DNA from: Gemmatimonadota bacterium
GTDB lineage: Bacteria > Gemmatimonadota > Gemmatimonadetes > Palauibacterales > Palauibacteraceae
Assembly: GCA_039590175.1 (NCBI GenBank)
Contig: JBDHFW010000001.1
Coordinates: 1 to 54,649 of the forward strand
DNA: 54,649 nucleotides
Reading direction: 5' to 3'
Shown: piece by piece, positions 9,433-17,787 of the stretch
Layout of the letters: each line of letters opens with the position of its first letter
Numbering within the stretch: position 1 is the first letter of the stretch
Position numbers and translations under genes: made by a program
Notes under the pieces: model-generated
Database searches by the model: none
What the model was told of the DNA's origin: nothing
Seen by the model: only the letters and a program-made list of their open reading frames with translations

Positions 9433-9745
9433 GATGGCGCCTCCGGGGGAAAGTTTCATGCTGCCTGCGCTCTCCTAGTACGATGAACCGGCGGGTTCGT
9501 CAACGGAGCCGGAATGTCGCGCCCCCATGCCCCGTGCTGCGCGTGGGAGATGTCCTTACAATCGGGCGCGGGAATCCCCCCGATAGACGTCATCCTATTC
9601 CCGACAGCTTGATTCGACGCGCGCCGGTATCATCATGTTGAGTCCAGACTTGTGCTTCAACGCGTGTCGGGCAGAGGTAACTGGCGCGGGCCGCTGAGGC
9701 CTTAGCCGAGGCCGTAACCGACAACATGGAAAGGTGAGGAGACGC

Positions 9746-12415
9746 GTGAGCGCCAAGGTACCGGTGTGTGAGCCGCACAAGATAAAGACAGTTCGCCTGC
9801 TTTCCTTCCCAACCCGTGAGGAGCGGAAGAAGTACCTGGCGGAGGCCGATTTCAACGTCTTCAACCTGACGCCCTCCCAGGTGAGCTTCGACATGTGCTC
9901 GCTCGGAACGAGCGCGTTCAGCCAGAAGCAGCTCGCGGGTCAGCTGATTGGGGATGAGGCGTACGCCGGCAGCCGGAACTTCGAACATCTCCAGGAGGCC
10001 GTGAGCGAGGTCCTGGGCCACGGCTACGTCTGCCCCACCCACAACATCCTCGGATGCCTCAAGCTCATCGTGTCGACCCTGGTCCCGGCCGGCTCCGTCG
10101 TGCCGAGCAACGCCCGGGGACGCATCGATGTCCTCACCCCCCAGGGAGTTGAGATCCTGGATGTGCGCGATCGCGGAGAGGCGATCTTCACTGGGAACCT
10201 GGACCTGGATAACCTGGAGCGGGCTCTCGGCGAGGGCGGCGTGCCGATCATCGACCTTCCAACCTTCGCCGACGGACAGCATCCCTTCAGCCTCGCGAAT
10301 CTGCGAGCGGTGCGGTCCCTGGCGGATCGCTACGCGGTCCGGCTCGTCGTGGACGGCTCACGGGTGATCGAGAACGCCTGGTACATCCAGCGTCATGAGC
10401 CTGGCCAGGCCGATCGGCGGATTGCGGAGATCGTGGGCCAGATCGTGAAGACCGGCCACATCCTCCAGCTCGACGGGGCCCAGGACCCGAAATCCAACAC
10501 CGGCGGGATCATCACGACGGACAATCCGGACGACCACGAGAAGTTCATGAACGAAGTCGTGGTCTACGAGGGCCTTCACACCTACGGCGGCATGGCGGGC
10601 CGCACGATGGAGGTGCTCGCTCGGGGCCTGTTGGAGATGTGCGACGAGGCCGAGGTACGCTGGGTGATGCACCAGACGGAGCGGTTCACTCAGCGTCTGC
10701 GGGACGGGGGCGTGCCGCTCGAGCGGGGATGCGATGGCGCCTACGTGATGGCGGCCGAGTTTCTGCCGCAGGCCGGTGAGTATTCTCAGGACACCTTCTC
10801 GGCTGCCCTTTACCTCATGTCCGGCGTGCGCGCGGTCGCCCCGCATCCGACGGTGAGCCAGAACCTCGTTCCGGTGCAGATTCCGCGGCTGGCGATGACC
10901 AACGAGCAGCTGGACCAGGTGGCCGACGCGATCATCAGCCTCTACGGCCAGCGGGAGAAGGTCTCGCCGATGCAGGCCACGACAGTCGGGAGGTGGCGGG
11001 ACGAGATGGCCTATCACTGGGGATTCCCGGACCTCGAGCCATACCGATTCGACACCTTCTCCTACGAAATCCACACCGTCGAGCGCGTCGGCGAGCTGTC
11101 ACGCCGTCGACGCGAACGGGCGATTCGAACGGCCGGTTACAACACCTTCCTCCTCAGATCGGCCGATGTGACGATCGACCTGCTGACCGACTCGGGCACC
11201 TCCGCGATGAGCGTCGATCAGTGGGCGGCCTACGACGGCGTGCGCGCGAGTCCCAAGACCACCGATGAGTATCACCGGCTCGTCGAGGTCCTGCAGGAGA
11301 GCCTGGGCTACCAGCACATCATCCCGACCCATCAGGGCAGGGCGGCCGAGCACATCCTGAGTCAGATCATGATCAGGCCGGGTCAGCTGGTGCCGGGCAA
11401 CATGTACTTCACCACCACCAAGCTGCATCAAGAGCTGGCCGGCGGGGTGTTCGTGGACGTCATCGTGGACGAGGCGAAGAACCCGGAGAGCGAGCACCTG
11501 TGGAAGGGCGACATCGACCTCGGCAAGCTGCAGGCTCTGGTTGACGAGCACGGGGCCGACAACGTCGCCTACGTCTCCTTCGAGCACTCCGTGAACATGG
11601 CGGGCGGCCAGCCGGTCAGCATGGACAACATGAAGGAGGTCTATGCTTACTGCGGCTCGGTCGGCGTTCCGGTCTTCTTCGACGCCACGCGGGTCGTGGA
11701 GAACGCCTACATGATCCAGAGCCGCGATCCCCGCTACGCTGACATCCCGATCAAGGACATCCTTCGCGAGATGATGATCTATGGGGACGGGGCGACGGTC
11801 AGCGGCAAGAAGGATTTTCTAATCAATATTGGCGGGATCCTCGCCTTCAGGGAGAACGAGGAGTGGACACGCAAGGCGGAGGATCTGCTCAGGATCTACG
11901 AGGGCAACGTGACGGACGGGGGCCTGGCCACCGCCGACCTGGCCGCAATCGCGCGCGGCGTCGAGGAGATGGTCGACGACCGCTACATCCGGGCGCGAGT
12001 CCGCCAGACCCAGCTGCTGGGCGAGATGCTCCTGGACGCGGGCGTGCCGATCGTCACGCCTCCGGGGAGCCACGCGATTTTCCTGGACGCCAAACGCTTC
12101 CTGCCCCACATCGATCAGGACGAGTTTCCCGCCCAGCGGCTGGCGGCCGAGATCTTCGTCGAGACCGGCGTGCGGGCGATGGAACGGGGAAACGTCTCCA
12201 AGGGGCGGGACCCCGAGACGGGAGAGAACTACCGGCCGGCTCTCGAGCTCGTCCGGCTTACGATCCCGCGCCGCGTATACACGAACGACCACATGCGGGC
12301 GGTGGCGGACGGGATCATCCGCGTCCACGAGCGCCGCGACGAACTCGCGGGCCTCAAGTTCGTGTACGAGCCGGCTAAGCTCCGCTTCTTCCAGGGCCGC
12401 TTCGAGCTGGCCTAA
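9746..12415 (+). CDS. Tandem fusion of two beta-eliminating-lyase (tryptophanase / tyrosine phenol-lyase) domains; the N-domain lacks the PLP lysine and the C-domain looks catalytically complete
   Basis: Domain 2 (about nt 11040-12415) has IDLLTDSGTSAMS, PTHQGRAAE, NMAGGQPVS, FFDATRVVENAY, SGKKD (PLP Lys), LRLTIPRRVYT and FVYEPAKLRFF. Domain 1 (9746 to about 11035) is clearly homologous (EPHKIKTV, GDEAYAGSRNF, VVDGSRVIENAWYIQ) but has THNILGCLK and DGAQD in place of THQGRGAE and SGKKD. GTG at 9746 is preferred because GGTGAGGAG lies just upstream; GTG 9734 is the alternative. Confidence 0.85.
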   Translation: MSAKVPVCEPHKIKTVRLLSFPTREERKKYLAEADFNVFNLTPSQVSFDMCSLGTSAFSQKQLAGQLIGDEAYAGSRNFEHLQEAVSEVLGHGYVCPTHNILGCLKLIVSTLVPAGSVVPSNARGRIDVLTPQGVEILDVRDRGEAIFTGNLDLDNLERALGEGGVPIIDLPTFADGQHPFSLANLRAVRSLADRYAVRLVVDGSRVIENAWYIQRHEPGQADRRIAEIVGQIVKTGHILQLDGAQDPKSNTGGIITTDNPDDHEKFMNEVVVYEGLHTYGGMAGRTMEVLARGLLEMCDEAEVRWVMHQTERFTQRLRDGGVPLERGCDGAYVMAAEFLPQAGEYSQDTFSAALYLMSGVRAVAPHPTVSQNLVPVQIPRLAMTNEQLDQVADAIISLYGQREKVSPMQATTVGRWRDEMAYHWGFPDLEPYRFDTFSYEIHTVERVGELSRRRRERAIRTAGYNTFLLRSADVTIDLLTDSGTSAMSVDQWAAYDGVRASPKTTDEYHRLVEVLQESLGYQHIIPTHQGRAAEHILSQIMIRPGQLVPGNMYFTTTKLHQELAGGVFVDVIVDEAKNPESEHLWKGDIDLGKLQALVDEHGADNVAYVSFEHSVNMAGGQPVSMDNMKEVYAYCGSVGVPVFFDATRVVENAYMIQSRDPRYADIPIKDILREMMIYGDGATVSGKKDFLINIGGILAFRENEEWTRKAEDLLRIYEGNVTDGGLATADLAAIARGVEEMVDDRYIRARVRQTQLLGEMLLDAGVPIVTPPGSHAIFLDAKRFLPHIDQDEFPAQRLAAEIFVETGVRAMERGNVSKGRDPETGENYRPALELVRLTIPRRVYTNDHMRAVADGIIRVHERRDELAGLKFVYEPAKLRFFQGRFELA

Positions 12416-12431
12416 CCGCCCCGAGGCCGCT

Positions 12432-12854
12432 CTAGCCGGAAGCTCCTTCGTCCTTCCGCCGACGCATCGCTCCGTCGATCGAGAACGCGCCGGCGCCGAG
12501 GGCGGCCAGCAGAAGAAAGAAGAAGGTGTAGAAAGCGACCTTCTCGCCCCCGTTCTCCCAGTGGAAGAGGCTCTCGCGAGGCACGTGCATCCAAAAGTAC
12601 GCCACCGCCATCTCGCCCGATGCCATGAACGCCGCCGGCACGGTGAAGAGCCCGAGCATGATGAGGAGGCCGGCGACGAACTCGATCAGGCCGGCGGCTC
12701 CGAAGCGAGACATGAGCTCGGCCGTGCCCGCCTCTCCGAAGCCGCCGAACCAACCGAACAACTTTTGCGCGCCATGGACCCAGAACAAAAATCCGATAGC
12801 GATCCTCGAGATGCCCAACACCTTCGCCTGAGGCGGCGACAGCCCGTGTTTCAT
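12432..12854 (-). CDS. DoxX-family inner-membrane protein
   Basis: 140 aa with four predicted TM segments. Motif RIAIGFLFWVHGAQKLFGWFGG is typical of DoxX. A strong GAGGAGG SD lies 5 nt upstream of the ATG. Confidence 0.75.
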   Translation of the reverse strand: MKHGLSPPQAKVLGISRIAIGFLFWVHGAQKLFGWFGGFGEAGTAELMSRFGAAGLIEFVAGLLIMLGLFTVPAAFMASGEMAVAYFWMHVPRESLFHWENGGEKVAFYTFFFLLLAALGAGAFSIDGAMRRRKDEGASG

Positions 12855-12949
12855 CTCGGCCTCCTCAGAGCCGGGTGATCGACGTTGCTCGGTCCTAGAG
12901 CCGTCAAGAAGCGGTCAATCGCTCCCGCCGCGCAAGAGATCGATCGAGA

Positions 12950-13861
12950 TCAGTCCATCCAGCGCTCGTCCTCCGTGAACACGGTGTCGATCACGAGTCG
13001 GGGATGGAGATCTTCCAGGGCCGCGTGGATGTCGGTCCGAAGCGCGTCCAGCTCACCCACCCGCTGGATGCGGAAGGTGCTGCCCACCCGGATGTGGTTG
13101 AGAAGATAGAAGTACCGGCCCGCCGCGATCATCCTCAGGCGTGTGTCTCGGAAGCCCTGTCCCTCGACCGCCTGAGCGAAGCGGTGCTTCACCTCCGCCT
13201 GAATCTCCGGTTCGGGCGCCACCCGCAGCAGCTCGCCCAGGTTGTCCCGGACTATACGGAGTGGAACGGGGAGCACGAGGAGCACGAGGAGAACGACCAG
13301 CGCCGGATCGACGTAATCGACGACCGGGTCCCACCGCGTTCCCTGGATGAGGAGCGCCCCTAGAAAGGCGCCAGCCACCACGATGCTGAGTACGCCGTCC
13401 ATGAGCCAGGCCTTGGCATCCACGTCCAGGAGCGGTGACTCGTTGACCCGGGCGGCTCGCCGCTGGGTCCACGCGAGAAGGAAGCAGCCGGCCACCGCAA
13501 TCGCCGCGTACACGAGCGCCCAGCCGGGCACGATCTCCCGCCCTCCGTGGAGTAGGGCGATGATGGCGGAGACGAGGGCGTAGCCGGTCACCGCAAGGAG
13601 GATCAACCCGCGTACCGCGTTCAGGAAGGGCTCGAAGTAGGCGTAGCCGAAATGGAACCACTCATCGTCGGGCCTCTCCACCAGGCCGGAGACCTTGAGG
13701 GTGAGCAGGCCGATCCCGAAGCCGATGAACGAGAAGAAGCCGTCGAGGAGGATGGCCCCGGATTGGGTGAGCAGGGCGAAGCCGATGCCGAGAAGGCCGA
13801 AGAAGAGGTTGGCTCCGGCCGAGATCTTCAAAGCGGTCGATTCATCCTTCATGGACTTCAT
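12950..13861 (-). CDS. Cation diffusion facilitator (CDF) family metal efflux transporter
   Basis: Six TM segments followed by a cytoplasmic C-terminal domain. Motifs SGAILLDGFFS and FGYAYFEPF match the CDF architecture. Confidence 0.7.
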   Translation of the reverse strand: MKSMKDESTALKISAGANLFFGLLGIGFALLTQSGAILLDGFFSFIGFGIGLLTLKVSGLVERPDDEWFHFGYAYFEPFLNAVRGLILLAVTGYALVSAIIALLHGGREIVPGWALVYAAIAVAGCFLLAWTQRRAARVNESPLLDVDAKAWLMDGVLSIVVAGAFLGALLIQGTRWDPVVDYVDPALVVLLVLLVLPVPLRIVRDNLGELLRVAPEPEIQAEVKHRFAQAVEGQGFRDTRLRMIAAGRYFYLLNHIRVGSTFRIQRVGELDALRTDIHAALEDLHPRLVIDTVFTEDERWMD

Positions 13862-14046
13862 GGGCGCCTCTCGTTTGCCGCAATTCTTGTCGTCGATAAC
13901 TGGTGGTCAGGAGCAGATGTCGACCGTTCGCGCAGCGAGTTGAAATGAAAGGCCAACGAGGGCCGATGTCTACTCCTGCGCTCTTGTGTCGGCCCCTCAC
14001 CTGAGGGAGATTGACCAGGAGTCCCTTCCCCCAATGAGGAAATCAA

Positions 14047-14901
14047 ATGAAGCGTCGAAGCAGTACTCTAATGGCCCGCCTCATCGTACTGTCGGCGCTC
14101 GCCGGCGCGAGCACGGCGGCGGCTCAGGAGGCTGGGAGCCAGCCGGAGCAGAATCAGCTCTACGCGCGCTTCCGGATTGAAGTCGGCGCCTTCGCGAGCT
14201 TCTTCAACACGAATCTCCAGCTCGGCTCCGAGGAGCTGGGCATCGGGACCGAGATCGATCTGGAAGACGATCTCGGGTTCGATACGAAGAAGTTCGACTT
14301 CCGCGCGGGCGGATTCCTCCGGCTCGGCAAGAGACATAAAATCCGCTACGGCTACTTCAGCCTCAACCGTAGCAGCAACAAGGTGCTCAGCGAGGATATC
14401 GAGTTCGGCGATGAGATCTTTCCGGTCGACGCGGTGGTCGACGCGGAGTTCAGGACCCAGTTCGCGGGGCTGGGCTACAGCTTCTCCTTCCTGGCGCGAG
14501 AGAAGGTCGAGGTTGGGATCGGCCTCGCGCTCAACGCCATGTTCACCAAGACCGGGATCGCGGTGGTCGGCTCGGTCGGCGACGATCCCATTGATCAGGT
14601 AGAGGAGCGGACGTCGGTCACCTTTCCCACGGGATCGCTGGGATTCGATGTCAACTGGGCGCCGCTGTCCCGGATGATCGTCCGCGGAAGGGTGGGTGGC
14701 CTCTACGTGAGCGTATCCACGATCAAGGCGTCGGTCGGCGACGCGAACGTCGGAGTCGAGTACTTCTTCACCCGCGGCTTCGGGGTCGGAGCCGGCTACA
14801 CCTACACAAAGCTGCGGGTGAAGGAGACCGAGGATCCGCAGCTGGAGATCACCTACCGCTACAGCGGGCTTATCGTTCACGGAGTCTTCGCGCTGTTCTA
14901 G
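14047..14901 (+). CDS. Outer-membrane beta-barrel protein (hypothetical)
   Basis: Signal peptide ...ALAGASTAAAQE, alternating amphipathic strands, and a C-terminal ...HGVFALF ending in Phe (OMP sorting signal). Confidence 0.6.
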   Translation: MKRRSSTLMARLIVLSALAGASTAAAQEAGSQPEQNQLYARFRIEVGAFASFFNTNLQLGSEELGIGTEIDLEDDLGFDTKKFDFRAGGFLRLGKRHKIRYGYFSLNRSSNKVLSEDIEFGDEIFPVDAVVDAEFRTQFAGLGYSFSFLAREKVEVGIGLALNAMFTKTGIAVVGSVGDDPIDQVEERTSVTFPTGSLGFDVNWAPLSRMIVRGRVGGLYVSVSTIKASVGDANVGVEYFFTRGFGVGAGYTYTKLRVKETEDPQLEITYRYSGLIVHGVFALF

Positions 14902-15171
14902 ACGCTGGTGGTGTTCGCTTCGCGAATCGCGTACCGAGGGACCAGGCACACACGCGTCGGGGGGCTCCCTGGCGGGTCACAATACGCTGGCGTATGTTCG
15001 CCGCCGGTGGCTTGGTCTGGCGGCGGGACGGTCGATGGGCGGCGGAACGATAGAGGGCGCGTAAGCGAATCGCAGTCAGGTTCCAGCGGTCCCGCTCGCC
15101 GGACCGTTCTCCTTCTACCGGATTCCTTGGTGTCTCTGGATCGAGACGACTTTGATTGAAAGCGAGAAAGA

Positions 15172-17100
15172 ATGATTACTCTGAGTCACCTCCGCCTCAC
15201 GGTCGCTGCGGCGGCCATCCTGACGGCGACATCCGGTCACTCCGCGCATGCTCAGTCGCCCAGTCCGTCCCGGGAGGCACTCGAAAGCGCGTACGGCGAC
15301 CGCCCGTACTCGCCGTGGGCCGGACGGGAGTTTCCGACGCAGGTGTTCTGGGGCGATACCCACGTCCACACGGCCTATTCGATGGACGCCGGGTCGTTCG
15401 GCGCCCGCCTGGACCCGAGCGATGCCTACCGCTTCGCCAAAGGAGAGGAGGTGATCTCCTCCACCGGTCAGCGCGTGAGGCTGTCGAGGCCGCTGGACTT
15501 CCTCGTGGTCGCCGACCACTCGGACAACATGGGCTTCTTCCCGCGGTTGAACGCGGGCGACTCCGAGTTTCTCGCCGACCCCACGGGCCGACGCTGGTAC
15601 GACATGATCCAGGGCGGCGAAGGCGTCGACGTGGCGATCGAGGTGATCGCGGGCTTTTCCGACGGCACCTTTCCGCCGGCGCTGCAGTCACTCCCCGGTG
15701 ACCCGGCTTACAAGGCGGCCTGGCAGGTCGCGCTCGACGCGGCCGAGGAAGCCAACGATCCGGGCTCCTTCACGGCGTTCATCGGCTACGAATGGACCTC
15801 CAACACGAACGGCAACAACCTGCACCGGGTCGTGATCTTCCGGGACGACGCAAACCGGGCGGGTCAGGTGGAGCCGTACACGACGCTTCGGCCCCTGGGG
15901 AGCGACGACCCTCGCGATCTCTGGCGCTGGCTCGGCTCCTACGAGCAGAAGACGGGCGGTCAGGTGCTCGCGATCCCGCACAACGGGAACCTGAGCAACG
16001 GGATCATGTTTCCGCTCGTGGACTCGTTCACGGGTCGGGATCTGGACCGGGAGTACGCCGCCACCCGCATCCGCTGGGAGCCGCTCTACGAGGTGACCCA
16101 GATCAAGGGGGACGGCGAGGCACACCCGCTGCTCTCGCCCGACGACGAGTTCGCCGACTACGAGACGTGGGACAAGGCCAACCTGACGTTGACCGTACCG
16201 AAGGAGCCGGAGATGCTCCCGTACGAGTACGGCCGCTCGGGGCTGCAGATAGGACTGCAGCTCGAGCAGAAGCTGGGCATCAATCCCTACAAGTTCGGGA
16301 TGATCGGCTCGACGGACACGCATACGGCACTCGCCACAGCGGACGAGGACAACTTCTTCGGCAAGCACTCCGGAACGGAGCCGAACGCCGGCCGGATCGA
16401 CCATCCGATGGGCGAGTTCAACGACATGGTCTACGAGGGCTGGAGCATGGTCGCGTCGGGCTACGCCGGCGTGTGGGCGAAAGAGAACACGCGCGAGGCG
16501 ATCTTCGACGCGATGGTGCGCAAGGAAGTCTACGCGACGACCGGCCCGCGGATGCTCGTGCGCTTCTTCGGCGGCTGGGACTTCCAGCCGGGCGATGCGG
16601 AGACGCGCAGCCCGGCGATCGCCGGCTACCAGAAGGGCGTGCCGATGGGCGGCTCGCTGCACGCGGCCCTAGCCGGAGAGGTCCCGACGTTCCTCGTGGC
16701 TGCTCTCAAGGACCCGATCGGCGCCAACCTGGACCGCATCCAGATCGTGAAGGGATGGCTGGACTCGAGCGGGGAGCGGCGGGAGAAGGTCTATGAGGTC
16801 GCTCTCTCAGATGGCCGGCAGGTCGGGTCCGACGGCAAGGCGCCGACGGTCGGCAACACCGTGGACGTGGCGAACTCGACGTGGACGAACACGATCGGGG
16901 ATACGGAGCTGATCGCCGTGTGGGAGGATCCGGACTTCGATCCGAGCCTGCCTGCTTTCTACTACGCGCGGGTGCTGCAGATTCCGACGCCGAGGTGGAC
17001 GGCCTACGACGCGCGGTACTACAGCGTGAGCGCCGGGGATGAGGTTCCGATGACGACGCAGGACCGGGCCTACACGTCGCCGATCTGGTACGCGCCGTAG
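15172..17100 (+). CDS. DUF3604 domain protein (PHP-like metal-dependent hydrolase fold), secreted
   Basis: Signal peptide ...[10 protein letters not shown]-terminal [16 protein letters not shown] (PHP-type HxH). C-terminal [20 protein letters not shown]...RAYTSPIWY is typical of DUF3604. Confidence 0.8.
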   Translation: MITLSHLRLTVAAAAILTATSGHSAHAQSPSPSREALESAYGDRPYSPWAGREFPTQVFWGDTHVHTAYSMDAGSFGARLDPSDAYRFAKGEEVISSTGQRVRLSRPLDFLVVADHSDNMGFFPRLNAGDSEFLADPTGRRWYDMIQGGEGVDVAIEVIAGFSDGTFPPALQSLPGDPAYKAAWQVALDAAEEANDPGSFTAFIGYEWTSNTNGNNLHRVVIFRDDANRAGQVEPYTTLRPLGSDDPRDLWRWLGSYEQKTGGQVLAIPHNGNLSNGIMFPLVDSFTGRDLDREYAATRIRWEPLYEVTQIKGDGEAHPLLSPDDEFADYETWDKANLTLTVPKEPEMLPYEYGRSGLQIGLQLEQKLGINPYKFGMIGSTDTHTALATADEDNFFGKHSGTEPNAGRIDHPMGEFNDMVYEGWSMVASGYAGVWAKENTREAIFDAMVRKEVYATTGPRMLVRFFGGWDFQPGDAETRSPAIAGYQKGVPMGGSLHAALAGEVPTFLVAALKDPIGANLDRIQIVKGWLDSSGERREKVYEVALSDGRQVGSDGKAPTVGNTVDVANSTWTNTIGDTELIAVWEDPDFDPSLPAFYYARVLQIPTPRWTAYDARYYSVSAGDEVPMTTQDRAYTSPIWYAP

Positions 17101-17117
17101 TCGTCGCGGCTACGGCC

Positions 17118-17747
17118 ATGGCGTCACTCGACGAACCGCCGCGGTGGGCGGCGGCTCGCCGCTCGGCGGTTTTCGTCTCATCGGCGCTCCTTCTGGCCGT
17201 ACTGTGCTGGCCGGGTCAGGCCGATGCTCAGGAATCTGATGACCTCCGCTCCAAGACCCAGAACCCGGTCGGGAGCCTCTACAGCGTCCCGCTGGAGAAC
17301 AACTTCGACTTCGGGGCTCCGAACGGCGGCGCCTACATCCTGAACATCCAGCCGGTGATCCCGATCACGGTCGGTGGCATCAACCTCATCAACCGGGTGA
17401 TCATCCCGATTGCCTCGGTGCAGGGGTTCATCGAGGGCCTACCGGGGCTCCCGGAAGGCGAGCCGGGCGACGGGGCCACGGGCGGTCTTGCGCTAGCCGT
17501 GTTTGCGTCGCCGCTCGCGGCCCAGATCCGTCCCGACTCGGCGTCTCTCCCGGAGCTCCGGGCCGTCTGGACCGACCCGGATTTCGACCCGAATCACAGG
17601 GCCGTCTACTACATCCGCGTGCTCGAGATCCCGACCCCCACGTGGCAGGCGTACGATGCCCAGTTCTTCGGCATCACTATGCCGGAGCAAGTGCCGCTGA
17701 GCCACCAGGAGCGGGCGTACACGAGCCCGATTTGGTACACGCCGTAG
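17118..17747 (+). CDS. Chimeric ORF: the N-terminus of an OMP-type protein joined in frame to a DUF3604 C-terminal fragment (probable gene remnant)
   Basis: Residues 1 to about 115 carry a signal peptide plus [19 protein letters not shown]...[10 protein letters not shown]...INRVIIPI (an OMP family motif). The last approximately 65 aa ([32 protein letters not shown]...[12 protein letters not shown]) are paralogous to the C-terminus of the preceding DUF3604 gene. Confidence 0.5.
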   Translation: MASLDEPPRWAAARRSAVFVSSALLLAVLCWPGQADAQESDDLRSKTQNPVGSLYSVPLENNFDFGAPNGGAYILNIQPVIPITVGGINLINRVIIPIASVQGFIEGLPGLPEGEPGDGATGGLALAVFASPLAAQIRPDSASLPELRAVWTDPDFDPNHRAVYYIRVLEIPTPTWQAYDAQFFGITMPEQVPLSHQERAYTSPIWYTP

Positions 17748-17787
17748 CTGGTAGGCGGAGAAGAGAACTGAACAAGGAGCAGAGCTG

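Noticed and set aside
9635-9697. A 20-codon uORF (MLSPDLCFNACRAEVTGAGR) upstream of the tryptophanase-like fusion, considered as a TnaC-type leader peptide.
   Set aside because: It has no Trp codon, no SD and no resemblance to TnaC. Short ORFs of this size arise by chance.
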